From a virus (Duplodnaviria > Caudoviricetes), in the IMG/VR virus record IMGVR_UViG_2894625894_000003, positions 32,001 to 96,000 of that record: a stretch of DNA of 64,000 nucleotides, one strand, 5' to 3'. Under the pieces are notes generated by a model. That model was given only the letters and a program-made list of their open reading frames with translations, was not told the origin of the DNA and did no database searches. Positions 59,562-64,000 of the stretch are shown piece after piece (within the stretch, counting starts at the first letter, position 1; every line of letters starts with the position of its first letter). Made by a program: the position numbers and the translations under genes.

Positions 59562-60308
59562 TTAAAAGGGGATATACGTCAGTCCCACCCCGAGGTAGGG
59601 AGCTGGTTTGGGTGTTCCCGACTCGGGAATACTGTAGCCATAACCCACATGAAAACCCAGTTGTAGCCGGGGCTTGGGTGTCTGAACGACAATGGACTGC
59701 AGGGTCGGGGTATGCACGTAAGGGTTGGTATTGAAGGCTGACACGACGGTCTGCCGTTCACCCAGTCCCAGAAAACCGGTTTTCCGGGTAGCTACCTGGA
59801 GATGGATCTGGTTGGGCAGCAGCAGCGAGTCGATGGTTACACCGGACGAATCGGTTGATCCTTCAATATAAAACTTAGGGAGTGCATTGAGCTGGAAGTC
59901 CATGCCCCGCCCCTGATAGGGAATCTTCAGATCCTTGATGGAGGCCTGCTGACTGGCGATGATTGTTGCCTGTGGGGTAAACTTACGGAGCCGATTTATT
60001 TCCCGTTGTAGACTATCCGTCAGGGCAATATACTGGGCAAGCACCTTAGTGGTGGTAACCGTACCGGCTTGCACCTGGGCCACCTCGACAACCTTGTCGC
60101 GGTACTGGATCTGCACCTGCTGGGTTTTGTGGGTCTGGGTAGCCAGGGCTTCGACCGTCTGACTTTCCTGCTTGGCCGTCTCACAGCTCCGGCTAATGAC
60201 CAGAATGATGATCATAATAAACAAACAGATCACCAGCCAGGGGCGGGAAAGTATTTCATGGGTTGCAGCCGAGAACCAGCTTTGTTTGGGTGGGGTCGGA
60301 ACGGGCAT
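59562..60308 (-). CDS. Putative spanin (N-terminal TM, coiled coil, C-terminal beta-hairpin)
   Basis: TM helix at ~aa 24-38; C-terminus LGFHVGYGY...PYLGVGLTYIPF; between holin and endolysin. Confidence 0.65.
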   Translation of the reverse strand: MPVPTPPKQSWFSAATHEILSRPWLVICLFIMIIILVISRSCETAKQESQTVEALATQTHKTQQVQIQYRDKVVEVAQVQAGTVTTTKVLAQYIALTDSLQREINRLRKFTPQATIIASQQASIKDLKIPYQGRGMDFQLNALPKFYIEGSTDSSGVTIDSLLLPNQIHLQVATRKTGFLGLGERQTVVSAFNTNPYVHTPTLQSIVVQTPKPRLQLGFHVGYGYSIPESGTPKPAPYLGVGLTYIPF

Positions 60309-60311
60309 GGG

Positions 60312-60638
60312 TTAGAGCTGTTTTTCGTACATTTTTTGCATGAGGGCCGTATTCTGGCTCAACACTTCGGTATTCCGGGCAACGGTTGCCTGGAACTGTT
60401 CCGTGGTACGGATGCTGTCAGCCTGCATCTGGGCCATCTGCTGAAGAAGCTGCAGGATCTGTTTATCCTTTTCGGCCACCAGAGCCTCTTTTTGCTGGTA
60501 AGCCCGGTAGAGGACAATAAGCACCATCAACAGGATTCCGGCGATTGACAGATTCTGAGCCAGGGCCTGGACCTGGGTGATACCCGGATCCAGGACGGTC
60601 GGTGCGGCAGTGGTAGCCTGCAAAAGGATTGGTTCCAC
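60312..60638 (-). CDS. Putative holin
   Basis: Single TM plus coiled coil, upstream of spanin and endolysin. Confidence 0.6.
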   Translation of the reverse strand: MEPILLQATTAAPTVLDPGITQVQALAQNLSIAGILLMVLIVLYRAYQQKEALVAEKDKQILQLLQQMAQMQADSIRTTEQFQATVARNTEVLSQNTALMQKMYEKQL

Positions 60639-60647
60639 GGGAAGAAA

Positions 60648-61031
60648 TTAGTCGATGTAATACGTCAGACCGGTGCCGGTGACGGGTAGCTGGGCCGATC
60701 CTCGGCAGGATCGCCAGCCGACCAGCAGCCCCGGCTGGAGGTACCGGAGCTGATTGGTCTGAGGAAAATCAATCGTAGATCCTGGTGTGACGGACAGGGC
60801 TGCGTAGATTACGGCTTGTTTGCCATCTGGGACCGAGATCCCCCGACCGTCATTGTGTAGGGTCTCGGCGGGGGAAATACGGCAGGAACAGATCTGAAGG
60901 CGGGAAGCCAGCTGGTGCTTGACGGTTTCCACATACTGGGGATCCTCGGCCAGCAGTTTAGAAGGGTCTATAAATACCTCCTCGGTAACGAGGGTCTCAG
61001 AATCTAATAAGAGTGAAAGCATACTAAACAA
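60648..61031 (-). CDS. Hypothetical protein
   Basis: 127 aa in operon; start uncertain (ATG 61022 alternative). Confidence 0.6.
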   Translation of the reverse strand: MFSMLSLLLDSETLVTEEVFIDPSKLLAEDPQYVETVKHQLASRLQICSCRISPAETLHNDGRGISVPDGKQAVIYAALSVTPGSTIDFPQTNQLRYLQPGLLVGWRSCRGSAQLPVTGTGLTYYID

Positions 61032-62802
61032 GCTGAAGGGTTACTTTATTGGTATCGAGGTTGACAAAGCAACGGGCCGTGAGCTTTTCGACTCCCTGAT
61101 CGAAATAGTAGGGAACGTTAACCTGCCCGGTATCTTTTGAGGTAGAAGTGGTCCCCGAGATATAGAAGTCACTACCGTTTGACCGGGGGGTTGCTACAAG
61201 ATCACCGGCCTGCGTTCCCTGGGAACCCATAGCCCAAAAAGGCAGATTTTGAGTGATCAGCGGGGTAAGCTCCGTAACATAAAGGGCGATGGAAACAACT
61301 CCGGTATATCCCCTGGCCCGCAGTCGGGCACAGCTCACCATCATCCGGTTAAATACTTTGGCCGGCGGATTCTCTGGGTAGCCAATACTGTCGAAGCTGG
61401 CGGCCAGCACCGCATCGTTGGCTGACGAGCCACCAATGAAGCGTTGGGATTCATCCCCGTGTTTGGTGATAGCCGACTGGCCGGCATACATACCCGACTC
61501 AATCATATACCGGCAGGCGTAATTGACCTGGGGCGGATTCGGATTCCAGCGGCTGGCGTAGGCTTGTAAAGGTTTGTTATCGTAGTGGAAATTGACCGTT
61601 ACCACTCCCAGAATATCAGGGGATGGTGTGTCACACTGAGGGCTGACCACTTCGACGGTACGATCATACCATTTACTGCAGTCCACCCCGTTCCAGATAC
61701 GTACGGTCCAGTACTGTCCCTGCCCCGCCGGGGGTGCCGCAACCGAGATACTATGGTTACTGGTTGAAAATGTTCCTTCCGGAGACGAGCAGTCGTTGCT
61801 ACCCTGATACGAGCTACCCTGATAGGTCCGGTAGCGATTACCGTTGGTAATATTGGACAGCTTCAGGGTTGCCGGTCCCATGACATTATTGACGCAGACG
61901 GGCTGATCAACACTCAAATTGAAGGAAGGGTTAACCGGTTCAGCCGTACAGGCCGGACTGGTAACGGTGATGCTCTTATCGAGCCAGTCGCCACAATTGG
62001 TTCCTTTCCAGATCCGGACCGTGTACGTCTTGGATTCACCGGCTGGTGGTGCCGGCACCGGAATATCCACCCAGGTCGAATCAAACGTCCCTCTGGGGTT
62101 AACGCAGTCATTGGACCCTTGGTAGGTCGATCCCTCGGAAATATTATAACGGTCTCCGTTACTGACGGCCGTTACGTTCAGTACCGCATTGCTTAAATTT
62201 CCATTGGTGCAGGTGGGCTGGGTAATGCCCAGATTGAACGAAGGGGTTGCAGGTCCCGGTGTCTGACAGGAAGGCGTACTGATGGTTACCGGCATATCAA
62301 ACCAGTCTCCACAGTTGGCCCCATTAAAGGCCCGGATGACGTAATTCCAGGTCTGTCCTACCGGTGGAGGTGGCAATAACACCGTGCCGGAGTTACCTGA
62401 CCAAATACCATCGGGGCTGGTACAGTCACCTCCGGAGACAAACGAGCCATCCCGCAGTAATTTATAGCGGTCGGCATTGACGATGTTACTGATGCTGGCC
62501 GATGCATTGGTGGGTGTATTACCCACGCAGGCCGGCTGAGTAACGGCCGTAATGGAAAATCCAGGCTGGGGCGCCTGGGGTACGGGACAGCTCTTCTGGA
62601 AGGTTGTTGAAGCAGGTTCGCAGCCGGCCTTACTGATGACAACCGTGTAGTTGACTACCTGACCGTTGCGGACCGGGTTGTAAGCCGCCTTGTAGGAGGC
62701 ATAGTCAAAATCGGTACAACGTTCGGTATTGTCTCCCTCGGCCTTAATCGAAATGCTGTAGGGGGGCGTTCCCCCCTGAATGATTAACTGAACTTCGGCC
62801 AT
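61024..62802 (-). CDS. Cys-rich Ig-like repeat protein (virion decoration/adhesin)
   Basis: Three ~105-aa repeats with four conserved Cys each. Confidence 0.8.
   Translation of the reverse strand: MAEVQLIIQGGTPPYSISIKAEGDNTERCTDFDYASYKAAYNPVRNGQVVNYTVVISKAGCEPASTTFQKSCPVPQAPQPGFSITAVTQPACVGNTPTNASASISNIVNADRYKLLRDGSFVSGGDCTSPDGIWSGNSGTVLLPPPPVGQTWNYVIRAFNGANCGDWFDMPVTISTPSCQTPGPATPSFNLGITQPTCTNGNLSNAVLNVTAVSNGDRYNISEGSTYQGSNDCVNPRGTFDSTWVDIPVPAPPAGESKTYTVRIWKGTNCGDWLDKSITVTSPACTAEPVNPSFNLSVDQPVCVNNVMGPATLKLSNITNGNRYRTYQGSSYQGSNDCSSPEGTFSTSNHSISVAAPPAGQGQYWTVRIWNGVDCSKWYDRTVEVVSPQCDTPSPDILGVVTVNFHYDNKPLQAYASRWNPNPPQVNYACRYMIESGMYAGQSAITKHGDESQRFIGGSSANDAVLAASFDSIGYPENPPAKVFNRMMVSCARLRARGYTGVVSIALYVTELTPLITQNLPFWAMGSQGTQAGDLVATPRSNGSDFYISGTTSTSKDTGQVNVPYYFDQGVEKLTARCFVNLDTNKVTLQLV
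61633..62562 (-). repeat. Three tandem ~315-nt coding repeats
   Basis: F....TQPxC...NxDRY...DC..P.G...PPxG..Y.xRxxxGxxCxDWxD..V.xxxPxC three times. Confidence 0.85.
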
Positions 62803-62803
62803 A

Positions 62804-63331
62804 TTAACAGGTTGGGTTTACAGCCGTCACCGACAGCGTACAGCTGGTAGTACAGGTAACTGGTACCGTCTGATCGGCGGCTTTGCAACTGGCATAGCTG
62901 GAATCCGAAGCCCGTACCGTGTAGGTTTTTCCTGAGCTGACCGCATAGGCTTTGGTGGTACCTGGATTGAGCAGCTCGTTGCTGATTTCGGTCGCTCCGT
63001 CGAAGATCTGTACCCGTACCTGCCGGGACTGGGAAAAATTGACCTGTACATTGATCTTGGGGGCAGCGGCATTCGAGCAGTCGGCCGTGGCAAACAAACT
63101 TGGAATGGCGGCACAGGGACAGAGCTGGTTAAAGCTACTGGTAGCCGCGTTACAGGTGCCATTAGAAACCGATACGTTATAGGTATGTGACAGGCCATCC
63201 GGGATTGCGGTAAACTGGGCGGGTGTGGTGCCACTCAAATACCGGTTGGTACCCTGCGGGTCGGTATCGGCAGCAATACGAATCGTGAACGGACCCGCCC
63301 CACCTGTAATGTTTAAATCTACACTTGCCAT
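62804..63331 (-). CDS. Cys-containing Ig-like protein
   Basis: Beta-rich, SGKTYTVRASD; N-terminus similar to 61024..62802. Confidence 0.75.
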   Translation of the reverse strand: MASVDLNITGGAGPFTIRIAADTDPQGTNRYLSGTTPAQFTAIPDGLSHTYNVSVSNGTCNAATSSFNQLCPCAAIPSLFATADCSNAAAPKINVQVNFSQSRQVRVQIFDGATEISNELLNPGTTKAYAVSSGKTYTVRASDSSYASCKAADQTVPVTCTTSCTLSVTAVNPTC

Positions 63332-63334
63332 AGG

Positions 63335-63883
63335 TTAGTCCACACAGGTGGAATTACTGATTTGAAGGGAGAGAGAACAACCGGCCGGTGGGTTAACCTT
63401 GACGGCCAGGGTAATGGGTCGGTTACCGCAACCGTTGGCAACGGTAACTTTGACGGGGTGAGTGCCCTGGGTGAACCCCCGCAGCCGAATGTAGTTGTGG
63501 GTGGACGAGCCCCCCTCGATAGCCACGAGCCCGGCTGGAACTTCCCAGCTATAGGAGAAAGGAGCCTGGCCACTAATACCCGTTACTGTCAGGACTACTT
63601 CCCCACCCTGGGGCATGGAGTCCGAACCCTGAAGGGATCCCCCAGTGGGAGGTTGACAGGCTGGCTGACAGGTGAGCGACACCTGCCGGGTAGCCGTGCG
63701 GATGCCATCAAAAATCTGGATGGCGTAGTTATGGGTCAACCCATCCGCCTGGGGTGTAAATTCGACATCGAACGCATCTCCCTGCCGGGAATGGCGGAGG
63801 TATCGGTTTTCAGTCGAAGGGGGCAGCGTCACCAGGAAACTGGGATTTTGAGCCCCAGGGTATTTAAACTTGACGCGGCTCAT
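63335..63883 (-). CDS. PKD/Ig-like domain protein
   Basis: GQAPFSYSWEVPAG...VKVTVANGCG. Confidence 0.75.
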   Translation of the reverse strand: MSRVKFKYPGAQNPSFLVTLPPSTENRYLRHSRQGDAFDVEFTPQADGLTHNYAIQIFDGIRTATRQVSLTCQPACQPPTGGSLQGSDSMPQGGEVVLTVTGISGQAPFSYSWEVPAGLVAIEGGSSTHNYIRLRGFTQGTHPVKVTVANGCGNRPITLAVKVNPPAGCSLSLQISNSTCVD

Positions 63884-63885
63884 GC

Positions 63886-63999
63886 TTAGTAGGATTGTAG
63901 GTTAGTACCGGCAACCAGTTGCTCGAAGAGTTGTCGGAGCTGGGGTGTGCTGCGGATGACACTCAACAGGTTGGCTACGTTGAGGGTGATGACCCGTTT
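63886..63999 (-). CDS. Structural-module protein, 5'-truncated
   Basis: ...KRVITLNVANLLSVIRSTPQLRQLFEQLVAGTNLQSY* ends 2 nt before the next ATG. Confidence 0.6.
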   Translation of the reverse strand, partial: KRVITLNVANLLSVIRSTPQLRQLFEQLVAGTNLQSY

Positions 64000-64000
64000 C

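Larger units (their letters stand above)
1..64000. mobile_element. Crassvirales-like bacteriophage genome segment (Bacteroidota host)
   Basis: Giant vRNAP with RIPSQ...GDFDVD motifs; gene order ring/IHF-like/ring/muzzle/cargo/three giant proteins; lysis cassette; dense small early genes; no host housekeeping genes. Confidence 0.9.

Noticed and set aside
1-64000. Stop-codon reassignment as in some crAss-like phages
   Set aside because: Long genes are intact in the standard code, and TAA, TGA and TAG all end genes that tile properly

Overview
The whole window reads as part of a Crassvirales-like (crAss-like) phage genome of a Bacteroidota host, with an unusually GC-rich core. No bacterial housekeeping genes were seen. 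Family names are recognised from motifs by eye; no database search was run. 1-11280 (+) is a dense block of small early/middle genes: a GP88-family protein, an N6-adenine methyltransferase (DUF4942-like), a PAPS-reductase-family protein, a degenerate uracil-DNA glycosylase and two MazG-superfamily proteins. It ends at a convergent double terminator. 11382-64000 (-) is the virion module. In transcription order it holds Ig-like/Cys-rich decoration proteins, holin-spanin-CHAP endolysin, ring/IHF-like/ring proteins, muzzle (tail stabilisation) protein, tail lysozyme, cargo proteins, three giant ejected proteins including the virion RNA polymerase (DFDVD motif), and a fibre/spike region with two SGNH hydrolases. 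A + strand, mostly AT-rich, hairpin-punctuated island (44841-49398) interrupts the virion module. It carries two tandem DUF6934-like + partner modules and a KilAC antirepressor-like gene. Most notable: (1) the three giant proteins (~7,090 aa) contain only four cysteines, all at facing termini, suggesting a head-to-tail disulfide chain; (2) three fibre-module proteins carry Sec signal peptides; (3) the vRNAP is fused to a SLOG domain and an SF1 helicase; (4) the duplicated DUF6934-like/partner modules; (5) a shared C-terminal FQQGG-x-V[ED]L motif on two cargo proteins. No tRNA, rRNA, CRISPR array, integrase or transposase was seen.
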